A DNA stretch of 32,000 nucleotides from Melioribacter roseus P3M-2 (GCF_000279145.1 NC_018178.1:2829688-2861687), one strand, 5' to 3'. Numbered from the stretch's first letter, positions 1-10,310 are shown. Notes: generated from the letters alone by a model not told the origin. Numbers and translations: made by a program.

Positions 1-3000
1 GAAATAATCTTTCCTGTTCTCGAACCGTTCGGGGAAGATTTACCGTCGGATTTGCCTTCGGAGTTGCGTTACGACGCAGTCTACGACACTACCGTCAATT
101 TTGCCCGACAGGACAGAGCCAAAGATAAATTTTTGATTACGGGCGAATATACCGCTTCGGTAACTTCTTCATACAACATCGGTTTTAATGTTGTCGAAAA
201 TTCGGTAAAAGTACTTTTGAACGGCAATGCGCTTACCGAAGGAGTCGATTATACGGTCGATTATAATATCGGGCAGGTAATCATCAGAAAACCGGAAGCT
301 CTTGTGCCGGGAGCCGACTTGAAAATTACATATGAGCAAAACGATTTGTTTCAGATGGCGTCTAAAACGCTCGTCGGTTTGAGAGGCTTGTACGAAATCG
401 ACCGCAATACTACGCTCGGATTTTCTTTCCTCAATTTGAATCAACAAACTCTGAGCGACAAAGTGAGAATCGGAGAGGAGCCGTTGAACAACTCGATATT
501 CGGACTCGATTTCAAAACCAGCCTCGACATGCCGTTCCTCACAAAAGCAATCGACTACGTTATACCCACAAGCACGATGTCCAAACTTGTGCTGAATGCC
601 GAATATGCTTATATGAGTCCCGACCCGAATACTAAAAAAAGCGCTATTACGAGCGACGAAGGAAAAAGTATCGCATACATCGACGACTTCGAAGGCGCTA
701 AGAGAATTATTCCGCTCGGAATGCAGTACGGAGCCTGGAAAGATATAAGCGTACCGAACGGACTTCCCTTTATCGATGCATTGCCCGAAATGGAAAGAAT
801 GAATCATAAGGCTAAAGCTTACTGGTTCAACAGAACGCCTTCCGATGTGACCATATACGATTTGTACGCAGGAAGAAAAAATGCGGCACCGGATCAAAGT
901 CTTATTACTGCGCTCGATTTTGTTTACATCCCCGATAAACCCGGATTTTACAACTGGAATCCCGACTTAAGCGATAAAAAGAAAAATTGGGCGGGTATGA
1001 TGAAACTCTTGTCGACTACGGCTAACAATTTAATTGAAGAGAACATAGAATTTATCGAATTCTGGGTGAAGGTTGAAGACGCTCCGCCGGATTTGAAATT
1101 GAACATCGATTTGGGGCAGATAAGCGAAGATATTATTCCAAACGGAAAATTGGACACGGAGGATAAAAATTTCAACGATTTAATTGACGAAGGAGAAGAC
1201 ACGGGTATCGACGGCTGGATCGACGAGCAGGAGCCGAATTACGACCCTGTATCAAATCCGGATCCCAGCAACGATAACTATTTCTTCCAATTGACGCAGA
1301 ATCCGGATTATACGCAAATTAACGGCACGCAGGGCAATGCGGTTTCGATTGATATCGGAAGACTGCCAGATTCGGAAGATTTAAACCATAATTTTACATT
1401 GGATCGCGTTAACAGCTATTTTCGATATGAAGTGCCGATCGATACAAACAGATCCAATCCGTTTATTCAGGGAGGCGGGGATAACGCCGGATGGTATCTT
1501 TTCAGAATCCCGTTAAAAGATTACGTGGAGAAATACGGCGACCCGAGTTTTTCCGTTGTCGAAACTATCAGATTCTGGGTCTCGGGCACAGACAGACCTG
1601 TCCATTTACGATTTGCCGAAATGAATCTCGTGGGCAATCAATGGCAAAAAGTTCTGGAACCGCCGCGCGTAACTAACGACGACACCGTATTGACCGTTTC
1701 GGTAGTTAACGTAGAAGACAATCCAGAATATCATTCGCCTCCGGGAGTTCAACGCGAAAGGGACAGAAGTCAACCTGACTACGATATTTATAAAAACGAA
1801 CAGTCGCTGGAACTTTTGATAAAGAATCTTGAAGATGGCGATAAACGAGAAGTCGTAAAATATCTCTATAAACCGCTCGATTTGTTTAATTACAAACAAA
1901 TGAAATTGTTTGTCCACGCAGACGAAAACGATATGCCGGGCAGCGTTACGTATTACGAAAGTCCCGATAATTATTCCTCCGAAGTCTATATCCGTTTCGG
2001 GTCGGACTCGTTGAACTTCTACGAGTACCGTCAACCGCTCAAAAGCGATAATAAGAATAGAAACTGGAACGAGGTAAAAATAATTTTCTCCGAATTGACA
2101 GCCATTAAACAAAGACGCGACAGTTCGAATATTAATACAATTTACAGAGTTCCCGTCGAAGGGGAAGAGGGACATACATACGGAATTCGGGGCAATCCCA
2201 CACTTACGAGAATTTCTTTCTTTACGATTGGTATAATCAATCCGGCCGACAAAGGAACGCCCGGCGAAAAGATTTCCGGAAGCGTATGGATAAACGAATT
2301 GAGAGTGCTCGAAGCCGACGACACTCCGGGATGGGCTTACAGTCTTTCGGGCTCTTTCGGTCTGGCTGACGTTATGAGAGTAAGCTTCAACGCCAGTCAA
2401 ACCAATCCGTATTTTCACAGATTGACCGATCGTTTCGGATCGCGCAACGAAGCCATATCATGGGGCGTTTCTGTCGATCTGGACTTGTTAAAACTTATTC
2501 CTCTTAATCTGGCCGGAAGCAATTTCAGGATTGTTTATTCTCGTAATGAAAGAAGGCAAAATCCGCTGTTCAAACCAGGTACGGATATAAAAGTATCCGA
2601 AGCTCAAACGCAGCTAAGACAGGCTCTTACCGAACAGAACTGGGATTCGCAGGCAATCGAAGATTCCATCAGCGAATTTATTAATTCGACAAGAACCTAC
2701 AGTCTCTCGGAATCGTGGGCGTTATCGAATGTCAGATTCAAAGTGCCGACGGATCTCTGGTATATTCGCGATTTAATCAATAATCTTACATTTAGTTTTA
2801 ATTACAACAGGACGACAAATACGTCTCCGACGATTTTGACCAGCAGCAGTTGGCAGTGGAACGGAAGTATCGCATATTCGGTAAATCTGAGCAGAGAACT
2901 TTTCTTCAGACCCGCAGATATTCCGATAATCGGGAGCATATTCGATTTGTTGACGGATTATAAAGAGATGAAAGTCTATTTTGCGCCGCAGACAATCAGC

Positions 3001-4932
3001 GCCGGTATTAATACTTCGCGAAAAAGGAACTATTCCGTCAACAGAACGCTTGCAAACAAACCGAATATTCAACGCGACTTTACGGCTTCGCGCAACGCGG
3101 GATTTACCTGGGCAATTACGGAAGGCGGACTGCTCAATTTGAGTATGGCTTACAGTTTCGACGTTCAGTCTTCATTGGCTTATCTCCTTTTGAAAGACAG
3201 TTTATATGAACGTTCCGAAAGCGAAATATGGAGAGATATTTTTAACGGAGAATATTTCGGAAGAGATTTCAATTACAGGCAGAGTTTCGATATCAGAACT
3301 AATCCTAAGATACCGACTTTCTGGGATTTGAACAGATATGTCAATGTAAACGCATCTTACGGCGTAACGTATAATTGGGTTTATAATTTCAATCAGGAAG
3401 AATTGGGACGTTCGGCTGGTTATTCGAACAGAATTTCGGCGGGAATGACTGTAAGATTAAAATCGATTTTTGCCCCTCTGTTCCAGGAAAGCAGTCCTTC
3501 GCAATCGCAGACACAAAGAAGTCAACCTACTCGAGGAGACGGCAGAGGACGCGGAGCCAGAAGGACAGATCAACAGCGCGGAGTCGACGTCGACAGACAA
3601 ATAGCGCAGGATAACGCACTAAAAGATTCTGCCGCTGTGAAAGACTCTTTGATTTCCGATTTAATGAACGAAGCTGAGTTAAGCGAAGGTCCCGGAACCG
3701 TTACAGTTATACTTGAATATTTGAAACTGGGAATTAAATGGCTTCTGATCGATTACGATCAAATCTCATTTAATTTTTCGCAATCGAGCAGTTATACCGG
3801 CGGAGGTCTAAAGGGCGAAGGCACCGGATTCAACAATTTCTGGGGTTTCAAACAATCGCCTGCCAACGGTCCGTCTCGTTTATTCATGCTCGGATTTTCG
3901 AATGACGTCGGTCAGCGCTCGCCGTTCGGAAATTTGACGGACAATTACACGCATAAAAACGATATCGATATGCGAACTTCGCGCCCTCTTTGGGAAGGAG
4001 CTCAACTCGATATAAGCTGGAAAGTGGGCTGGGGCATCAATAAGTCGATAAACTTCAAAACCGACGAAAACGGATTGGCGTACGCCGAGGTTTATAACAC
4101 AACTGGAACGTTAAACCGGTCGTTCTTGTTTTTCCCGTTCGGTTTTGGAAACGGAATTTCAAAAGTCCACGAACTCTATAATAAAAATTCTGAAAATCCA
4201 ACCCAGAGTTTGTCGGATGCATTTGTAAGGGGATTCGAGACGACTTCGATATTGGGGAAAATACCGGTTCTCTCCAAGTTATTCAAATACGTACCTCGTC
4301 CGAACTGGAGTTTCTCGTGGACGGGACTTGAAAAATACGAGTTGTTGTCGTTTGCAAAAAGAATAACAATCAATCACGCTTATTCTTCGAATTACAGCGA
4401 AGGGTGGTTGATCAATCCCGACGGCATTCAGGAAATTCAAACGCAGAAAGTCGATTATTCTTTTACGCCGCTCTTGGGAATTACATTCCAATTTGATAAC
4501 TTATGGGGCGGTTCGTTACAGAGCACAATTAGATATACAACACGAAATTCGTATTCTCTCGGTTCTTCCACAAGAAATATTACGGAATCGTTATCGCGCG
4601 ATATAAACGTATCTTTGAGTTATTCGAAGAGCGGTTTCGACTTGCCTTTGTTTGGAATTTCGCTAAAGAACGACCTGGAAATCTCGATATCATATACTAA
4701 CGGTAAGAACTCAACGGTAGTTTATAATATGGATAGTTTCAAAGAGGAAGGCACGCCGCAGGACGGTAAAATAAATACCGTCCTGGAACCGAAGATTAAA
4801 TATGTAATGAGTTCCAGAGTCACATTGTCTATATTCTACAGAAGGTCGACGATCGAACCGCAGGGAGCTTCGCGCGTGCCCCCGACTACTACTAACGAAG
4901 CCGGCGTGGACGTAAGAATTGCCATTCAATAA
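1..4932 (+). CDS. sprA: Type IX secretion translocon / gliding-motility protein SprA, C-terminal about 1640 aa; 5' end lies outside the window
   Basis: The reading frame is open from nt 1 (EIIFPVLEPFGEDLPSDL...), so the TTG at 52 in the ORF track is not the true start. The protein is very large, beta-rich and Asn/Ser/Tyr-rich, like an outer-membrane barrel. The IIFPVLEPFG-type motif and overall composition recall SprA/Sov. It lies directly upstream of a PorX-like gene. Confidence 0.85.
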   Translation, partial: EIIFPVLEPFGEDLPSDLPSELRYDAVYDTTVNFARQDRAKDKFLITGEYTASVTSSYNIGFNVVENSVKVLLNGNALTEGVDYTVDYNIGQVIIRKPEALVPGADLKITYEQNDLFQMASKTLVGLRGLYEIDRNTTLGFSFLNLNQQTLSDKVRIGEEPLNNSIFGLDFKTSLDMPFLTKAIDYVIPTSTMSKLVLNAEYAYMSPDPNTKKSAITSDEGKSIAYIDDFEGAKRIIPLGMQYGAWKDISVPNGLPFIDALPEMERMNHKAKAYWFNRTPSDVTIYDLYAGRKNAAPDQSLITALDFVYIPDKPGFYNWNPDLSDKKKNWAGMMKLLSTTANNLIEENIEFIEFWVKVEDAPPDLKLNIDLGQISEDIIPNGKLDTEDKNFNDLIDEGEDTGIDGWIDEQEPNYDPVSNPDPSNDNYFFQLTQNPDYTQINGTQGNAVSIDIGRLPDSEDLNHNFTLDRVNSYFRYEVPIDTNRSNPFIQGGGDNAGWYLFRIPLKDYVEKYGDPSFSVVETIRFWVSGTDRPVHLRFAEMNLVGNQWQKVLEPPRVTNDDTVLTVSVVNVEDNPEYHSPPGVQRERDRSQPDYDIYKNEQSLELLIKNLEDGDKREVVKYLYKPLDLFNYKQMKLFVHADENDMPGSVTYYESPDNYSSEVYIRFGSDSLNFYEYRQPLKSDNKNRNWNEVKIIFSELTAIKQRRDSSNINTIYRVPVEGEEGHTYGIRGNPTLTRISFFTIGIINPADKGTPGEKISGSVWINELRVLEADDTPGWAYSLSGSFGLADVMRVSFNASQTNPYFHRLTDRFGSRNEAISWGVSVDLDLLKLIPLNLAGSNFRIVYSRNERRQNPLFKPGTDIKVSEAQTQLRQALTEQNWDSQAIEDSISEFINSTRTYSLSESWALSNVRFKVPTDLWYIRDLINNLTFSFNYNRTTNTSPTILTSSSWQWNGSIAYSVNLSRELFFRPADIPIIGSIFDLLTDYKEMKVYFAPQTISAGINTSRKRNYSVNRTLANKPNIQRDFTASRNAGFTWAITEGGLLNLSMAYSFDVQSSLAYLLLKDSLYERSESEIWRDIFNGEYFGRDFNYRQSFDIRTNPKIPTFWDLNRYVNVNASYGVTYNWVYNFNQEELGRSAGYSNRISAGMTVRLKSIFAPLFQESSPSQSQTQRSQPTRGDGRGRGARRTDQQRGVDVDRQIAQDNALKDSAAVKDSLISDLMNEAELSEGPGTVTVILEYLKLGIKWLLIDYDQISFNFSQSSSYTGGGLKGEGTGFNNFWGFKQSPANGPSRLFMLGFSNDVGQRSPFGNLTDNYTHKNDIDMRTSRPLWEGAQLDISWKVGWGINKSINFKTDENGLAYAEVYNTTGTLNRSFLFFPFGFGNGISKVHELYNKNSENPTQSLSDAFVRGFETTSILGKIPVLSKLFKYVPRPNWSFSWTGLEKYELLSFAKRITINHAYSSNYSEGWLINPDGIQEIQTQKVDYSFTPLLGITFQFDNLWGGSLQSTIRYTTRNSYSLGSSTRNITESLSRDINVSLSYSKSGFDLPLFGISLKNDLEISISYTNGKNSTVVYNMDSFKEEGTPQDGKINTVLEPKIKYVMSSRVTLSIFYRRSTIEPQGASRVPPTTTNEAGVDVRIAIQ

Positions 4933-4947
4933 TCAAGAGGATTTGAA

Positions 4948-6510
4948 ATGAGACCGAGTCGAATTTTATGGATCGACGACGAAATAGAACTTTTAAGATC
5001 GCACATTATTTTTCTTAATGAAAAAGGCTATGAAGTAGACACTGCGACAAACGGAAACGACGCAATCAATCAGGTTAAATCTAAAAACTACGACCTGATT
5101 TTCCTCGACGAGATGATGCCGGGAATGGGCGGACTCGAAACGCTTGCCGGAATAAAAGAGATCAATCCGAATATTCCCGTCGTTATGGTTACGAAAAGCG
5201 AGGAAGAATCTCTTATGAACGAAGCCATCGGAAGCAAAATATCGGATTATTTAATCAAGCCGGTTGTGCCTTCGCAAGTTCTAATGGTTTGCAAAAAAAT
5301 GCTCGAAAAGAAAAAAATATCTGGTCAATTCGTAGCCAAAGATTATCTGGAAGATTTCAATTCGATTACTCGCATTTTGATGAACGAACCGAATTACGAC
5401 GATTGGATCGAAATTAACAATAAACTTATTTATTGGGATATGGAATTGGACGTTCATCCTGAAATCGATCTGCGTCAGACATTAAACGAACAAAAGAAAG
5501 AATGCAATCAGATCTTTTCCAAATACATAGAAAAAAATTACAGGCATTGGCTGGAAGATGAGGGAAGCGGACCCGTTTTAACAAATAACATCCTTGAAAA
5601 ATATCTTCTGCCTCATCTCGATAACGAAAGCAATCCGGTATTTCTGTTTGTAATCGACTGCCTGAGGATGGACCAGTGGCTTGTAATGGAAAAACATTTA
5701 ACTGATTATTTCAGCATCAAAAAAGATTACTATTTATCGATTTTGCCTACCGCCACGCCGTACGCGCGTAATTCCTTATTCGCGGGGTTATTTCCTTCGG
5801 AAATAGAAAAATTTTATCCCCAGCTCTGGACGTCGGGCAACGACGACGAAAGAAGCATGAATAAATATGAAAAAGAATTGCTCGAGAGGCTGCTCGACAG
5901 GAAAAGAATAAAACTTAAAAACGATTTGCAGTATATTAAAATTATCGACCCTGAAGTCGGAAGAACATTCGAACAAAACGTCCTCTCATATAAAAACACG
6001 CATTTAACGGCTGTGGTAGTAAACTTTCTCGACATGATTGCCCACGGCAGGTCGGATTCTCAAATATTAAAAGAAATTGCGCCCGACGAATCCGCATACA
6101 GGTCCTTAACGGAAAGCTGGTTTAAGTATTCTTATCTGTTCAACGCATTGAAAGCTATTTCGAGCATTCCGAAAGTAAAAGTAATCATTACAACCGACCA
6201 CGGCAGCATAAGAACAATGCGCGGAGCAAAAGTTCTGGGCGACAGGGAAGCTTCTACGAATTTAAGATTCAAATTCGGCAGAAATCTGAAAGTGGACGAC
6301 AAACACGCCGTCTATATTAAAAATCCTTCCGACTATCGACTGCCCAAACGGGGAGTGACTATCAGTTATATCATTGCCAAAGAAGATTACTACTTTGTTT
6401 ACCCGACAGAATATCATAAATATCTGAGTTATTATAAAGACAGCTTTCAGCACGGAGGCATCTCGATGGAAGAAATGATTTTGCCCCTCGTAACTTTAGA
6501 GAACAAATGA
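4948..6510 (+). CDS. porX: PorX-like response regulator: CheY receiver domain fused to a PglZ / alkaline-phosphatase-superfamily domain
   Basis: The N-terminus ILWIDDE...DLIFLDEMMPGMGG...KP is a classic receiver domain. The C-terminal region with FVIDCLRMDQW and ITTDHGS motifs is typical of PglZ/AP-superfamily metal sites. The 520 aa length matches PorX. An AGAGGA RBS sits 15 nt after the sprA stop. Confidence 0.8.
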   Translation: MRPSRILWIDDEIELLRSHIIFLNEKGYEVDTATNGNDAINQVKSKNYDLIFLDEMMPGMGGLETLAGIKEINPNIPVVMVTKSEEESLMNEAIGSKISDYLIKPVVPSQVLMVCKKMLEKKKISGQFVAKDYLEDFNSITRILMNEPNYDDWIEINNKLIYWDMELDVHPEIDLRQTLNEQKKECNQIFSKYIEKNYRHWLEDEGSGPVLTNNILEKYLLPHLDNESNPVFLFVIDCLRMDQWLVMEKHLTDYFSIKKDYYLSILPTATPYARNSLFAGLFPSEIEKFYPQLWTSGNDDERSMNKYEKELLERLLDRKRIKLKNDLQYIKIIDPEVGRTFEQNVLSYKNTHLTAVVVNFLDMIAHGRSDSQILKEIAPDESAYRSLTESWFKYSYLFNALKAISSIPKVKVIITTDHGSIRTMRGAKVLGDREASTNLRFKFGRNLKVDDKHAVYIKNPSDYRLPKRGVTISYIIAKEDYYFVYPTEYHKYLSYYKDSFQHGGISMEEMILPLVTLENK

Positions 6511-6511
6511 A

Positions 6512-6952
6512 ATGAAACTTCCGTATGAAAAAATAGTCGACTCCGAAACGGAAACGTGCGCGGTTGCGAAAGAATTTATCGAATTCCTCGCGCCAGGTTC
6601 GATCGTGGCGTTAAAAGGCAATCTGGGCGCGGGTAAGACATTTTTCGTAAATTGTATTTGTAATCATTTAGGGATAGATAGAACTTCGAGCCCGAGTTTT
6701 TCTCTGGTAAATATTTATGAAGGCAAACATCGCGTCTATCATTTTGATTTTTACAGAATTAAAAAGTTGGAAGAACTTTACGATATCGGTTTCGAAGACT
6801 ATTTGAACGACGGCAATGCGATTGTCTTTATTGAATGGGCAGACCTTTGGAGCGAAATATTTCCTGAAAATTATCTTGTTGTTGAATTAGATTACATTGC
6901 AGAAAAAGAAAACGGCAAAAGGATAATCAAAATCTACAAAAATGAAAAATAG
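6512..6952 (+). CDS. tsaE: tRNA t6A37 threonylcarbamoyl-adenosine biosynthesis ATPase TsaE (YjeE)
   Basis: It has the P-loop GNLGAGKTFF, SPSFSLVN, HFDFYRI and IEWAD motifs characteristic of TsaE. It starts 1 nt after the porX stop. Confidence 0.85.
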   Translation: MKLPYEKIVDSETETCAVAKEFIEFLAPGSIVALKGNLGAGKTFFVNCICNHLGIDRTSSPSFSLVNIYEGKHRVYHFDFYRIKKLEELYDIGFEDYLNDGNAIVFIEWADLWSEIFPENYLVVELDYIAEKENGKRIIKIYKNEK

Positions 6953-7604
6953 CAATCCGATATTGTCAATCGAAACTTCGGGCGAGGTTTGCAGCGTTGC
7001 TTTTTATAAAAATGAAAACGACCTGTTCGAGTTAAACTTTGTACGAAAAAATATTCATTCGGAAAAGATATTCGATATGATTGAATTCGGAAGGTCGAAC
7101 TTTGGAATTCAAATTTCGGATATCGATTCTGTGGCGGTTTCTATCGGACCGGGTTCCTTTACCGGACTCAGAATCGGAATGACCGTTGCCAAGTCGATTG
7201 CGATGGGATTGAATAAACCGATAATTCCCGTTCCCACTTTCGATGCGGCGGCATTCCATTTAATTATGGAGTTGCCGCAAAATACAAAATTCGGCATTCT
7301 CAAAAAGGCCAGCATAAACGATTTTTATTACGCAAAATATTTGTCTGGCGTAAAATCCTATACTATTGTAGATGAGTTGCAATTGATATTAAAAGAAGAG
7401 GTTGAAAAAAAGGCGGCGGATGCGGATATTGTATACGCCGATAATTATAATTTACCGGAAACGCGAAAAATAACGGCTCCGACTGCATTGCATATTGCCG
7501 TTTGGGCGAGTGAATTCGGGGAAAAAGTTACGGATTATGATTACCTCGAACCTTTTTATTTAAAAAAATTTATAGCCAGGGTAAAAAATGAAAAGAACGA
7601 TTAA
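6942..7604 (+). CDS. tsaB: tRNA t6A37 biosynthesis protein TsaB (YeaZ)
   Basis: The motifs ILSIETSG...CSVA and SIGPGSFTGLRIGMTVAKSIA are TsaB/YeaZ hallmarks. It overlaps tsaE by 11 nt. Confidence 0.85.
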   Translation: MKNSNPILSIETSGEVCSVAFYKNENDLFELNFVRKNIHSEKIFDMIEFGRSNFGIQISDIDSVAVSIGPGSFTGLRIGMTVAKSIAMGLNKPIIPVPTFDAAAFHLIMELPQNTKFGILKKASINDFYYAKYLSGVKSYTIVDELQLILKEEVEKKAADADIVYADNYNLPETRKITAPTALHIAVWASEFGEKVTDYDYLEPFYLKKFIARVKNEKND

Positions 7605-8316
7605 TCTATTCGTCTTACTTTTGTTAGCGACAGGAATTTCTAAAGCGCAGGAAAAAGCTCCAAAAATATTTTCTCCCGAACCGGAATATGACTTCGGCGA
7701 AATAGTCGAAGGCGAAACGGTGAATCATGAATTTGTAATAATGAATAAAGGCGAAGGAAAACTTGTAATTGAAAGAGTGCGCGCTTCATGCGGATGCACT
7801 GCGGCAATGCCGTCCAAAAAAGAACTTGAGCCCGGAGAGAGCGCTAAGATAAGAATGAAATTCGATTCGAAAGGGAGATACGGACAGCAATTCAAACATG
7901 TATACGTTTTTTCCAACGACCCCGAAAATTCCTACCTCAAACTTACATTTCGCGCTAATGTAGTGGCTAAATTGTCGAATCAAAATCCGGAAACGGCTCC
8001 GAATATCGAACTTGAAAAGAATAAAATTGATTTCGGTGAAATTGAAGAAGGCGCCGTAAAAGAAGCTGCAATAAAGATAAAGAATTCCGGCAAATCGAAG
8101 CTCGAAATTAGAGATATTAAAAGCGCTTGCGGTTGTACTGCGGCTTTAATGTCGAGTACGGTTATCGAGCCCGGTAAAGAGACCGAACTGAAGGTTAAAC
8201 TCGATACCAAGGGAAGAGAAGGGGATTTGGTAAGAACAATTACTATATTCAGTAACGACCCCGACAACCCGAAACAAGTAATAACTGTTTCCGCCAACAT
8301 AATTAGGAAAAAATAA
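7588..8316 (+). CDS. Secreted protein with two tandem DUF1573-like domains
   Basis: A signal peptide [22 protein letters not shown] is present. Two internally repeated modules of about 100 aa each carry F(G/D)E(I)..GE...E..I.N.G...L.I......CGCTAA...I.PG......K.D.KGR.G......I.SNDP.NP. It overlaps tsaB by 17 nt and accD by 1 nt. Confidence 0.75.
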   Translation: MKRTINLFVLLLLATGISKAQEKAPKIFSPEPEYDFGEIVEGETVNHEFVIMNKGEGKLVIERVRASCGCTAAMPSKKELEPGESAKIRMKFDSKGRYGQQFKHVYVFSNDPENSYLKLTFRANVVAKLSNQNPETAPNIELEKNKIDFGEIEEGAVKEAAIKIKNSGKSKLEIRDIKSACGCTAALMSSTVIEPGKETELKVKLDTKGREGDLVRTITIFSNDPDNPKQVITVSANIIRKK

Positions 8317-9155
8317 TGCCCTGGTTCAGAAGAAAAAAAGAAAACATATCGCCCGAGAGTAAAAAGACCGATATTCCCGACGGACAATGGTCGAAGTGCG
8401 ACGACTGCGGCGAAATAATACATAACAGGCAATTGGAATCGAATCTGTGGGTCTGTCCCAAATGCAACTATCATTTCAGAATCGGCAGCGACCAATACAT
8501 TGCGATAATTTTCGATAAGGGCACGTTCAAGGAATACGACAAGAAGATGAAATCCGGCGATCCCCTCCGTTTCGAAGACACAAAGAAATATACCGACAGA
8601 ATTAACGATACGATTAAGAAGACAGGACTTTACGACGCGGTAAGAACCGGTACGGGCAAGATAAACGGAAAGAAATCCGCAATGGCGGTAATGGATTTTC
8701 GTTTTATCGGCGGAAGTATGGGTTCGGTGGTGGGCGAAAAGATTGCGCGTATAACGGACGTGGCTTATCAAAATAAAATTCCTCTCATAATCATCAGTCA
8801 AAGCGGCGGAGCCAGAATGATGGAAGGCGCTTTCTCTTTAATGCAGATGGCAAAAACGAGCGCCCGTCTGGCAAGATTGGCCGAAGCGGGAATTCCATAC
8901 ATCTCCGTATTAACGGACCCCACTACCGGCGGAGTTACAGCAAGTTTTGCAATGCTGGGCGACGTTATCATTGCAGAGCCGAAAGCGTTGATCGGGTTTG
9001 CCGGACCAAGAGTAATTAAACAAACAATTGGAAAAGATTTGCCTGAAGGTTTTCAACGTTCCGAATTTCTTTTGGAAAACGGTTTTCTCGATTTCATCGT
9101 AAACAGGAAAGAACTCAAAGACAAACTGAGCTTGATGATCGATTATTTGACCTGA
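8316..9155 (+). CDS. accD: Acetyl-CoA carboxylase carboxyltransferase subunit beta
   Basis: The N-terminal Cys4 zinc ribbon CDDCGEII...CPKCNYH is present. [14 protein letters not shown] and the carboxyltransferase core are typical of AccD. Confidence 0.9.
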   Translation: MPWFRRKKENISPESKKTDIPDGQWSKCDDCGEIIHNRQLESNLWVCPKCNYHFRIGSDQYIAIIFDKGTFKEYDKKMKSGDPLRFEDTKKYTDRINDTIKKTGLYDAVRTGTGKINGKKSAMAVMDFRFIGGSMGSVVGEKIARITDVAYQNKIPLIIISQSGGARMMEGAFSLMQMAKTSARLARLAEAGIPYISVLTDPTTGGVTASFAMLGDVIIAEPKALIGFAGPRVIKQTIGKDLPEGFQRSEFLLENGFLDFIVNRKELKDKLSLMIDYLT

Positions 9156-10310
9156 TTATTTACGGAACTTGTGAAGTAATTTTTTAATTATCTCGAGAGT
9201 ATAATCGATTTCTTCGGGAGTATTTTGTGTGCCGAACGAAAATCTGATCGTGCCGGCGGCGTCTTCATATTTCAATCCTGCGTTCAGCAAAACATGTGAA
9301 GGTTTGAGTGTACCGGAAGTACAGGCAGCGCCGCTGGAAACTGCCACTCCGTTAATATCAAGAAACATAAGCACAGCCTCGATATCGTTATTGTAATATT
9401 CCGACAATAAAGTAACGCTTACTATATAAGGGAAATAAAGCGGTTCGCCGTTTATAATAAAACTTTTGTCATTCAAGGAATTCAAACCGTCGAGAAATCG
9501 TTTCTGCAATGATTTTACATATTCATAATTGCTTTGCATTTCATCGGAAGCAATTTTTACAGCCTCTGCAAAACCAACTATCGCCGGGACATTTTCCGTA
9601 CCGCCTCTGCGGTTCCTTTCCTGAGCGCCTCCGAATATCAAGGGCGATATCGGAGTCCCGGATTTAACAAAAGCAAAACCGACTCCTTTCGGACCTCTTA
9701 TTTTATGTGCCGATGCAGTGAAAGCGTCAACTCCCAGCTCTTTTACGTCCGTTTTTATTTTCCCGAAGCTCTGTACTCCGTCTGTATGCAAAAAAATATT
9801 TTCGGGTTTTTGCGAGGATAATTCTTCAATATTATTTATGATTCCCGTTTCGTTATTAACATGAATTATCGAAATTAAAGACGTGTCGTCATCGATTAAA
9901 CCTGTTATGTTTCCGACAGGAACAGATGTATTCTTGTCAATTGTCGATTTACGGACTGTAAAACCTTCCGTTGATAATTTGTCGCAGGTCTCAAGCACCG
10001 AATGATGTTCGGATAAAGATGTAATTATGCTTTTTCTGCCGGATTCGATGAATTCAGTTTTGCTAATTCCAGAGAGCGCAAAATTATTGGCTTCGGTGCC
10101 GGAACTTGTAAAATAAATTTCGCCCGGTTTGCAATTGATAAATTCTGCAATAACTTCGCGGGCTTCTTCAATCGCAACGCGAGCTTTTCTGCCGTATGAA
10201 TGAATCGAGGAAGGATTTCCGAAATATTCATTCAAATACGGCAGCATTTTTTCGACCACTCGCGGGTCTACGGGTGTGGTTGCCGCATTGTCCAGATATA
10301 TATTTTTCAC
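9156..10310 (-). CDS. Cysteine desulfurase, NifS/IscS family (class V aminotransferase)
   Basis: The N-terminus is IYLDNAATTPVDPRV. The PLP-lysine motif is SAHKIRGPKGVG and the catalytic-Cys loop is SSGAACTSG. Its stop codon abuts the accD stop with 0 nt between the convergent genes. Confidence 0.85.
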   Translation of the reverse strand: MKNIYLDNAATTPVDPRVVEKMLPYLNEYFGNPSSIHSYGRKARVAIEEAREVIAEFINCKPGEIYFTSSGTEANNFALSGISKTEFIESGRKSIITSLSEHHSVLETCDKLSTEGFTVRKSTIDKNTSVPVGNITGLIDDDTSLISIIHVNNETGIINNIEELSSQKPENIFLHTDGVQSFGKIKTDVKELGVDAFTASAHKIRGPKGVGFAFVKSGTPISPLIFGGAQERNRRGGTENVPAIVGFAEAVKIASDEMQSNYEYVKSLQKRFLDGLNSLNDKSFIINGEPLYFPYIVSVTLLSEYYNNDIEAVLMFLDINGVAVSSGAACTSGTLKPSHVLLNAGLKYEDAAGTIRFSFGTQNTPEEIDYTLEIIKKLLHKFRK

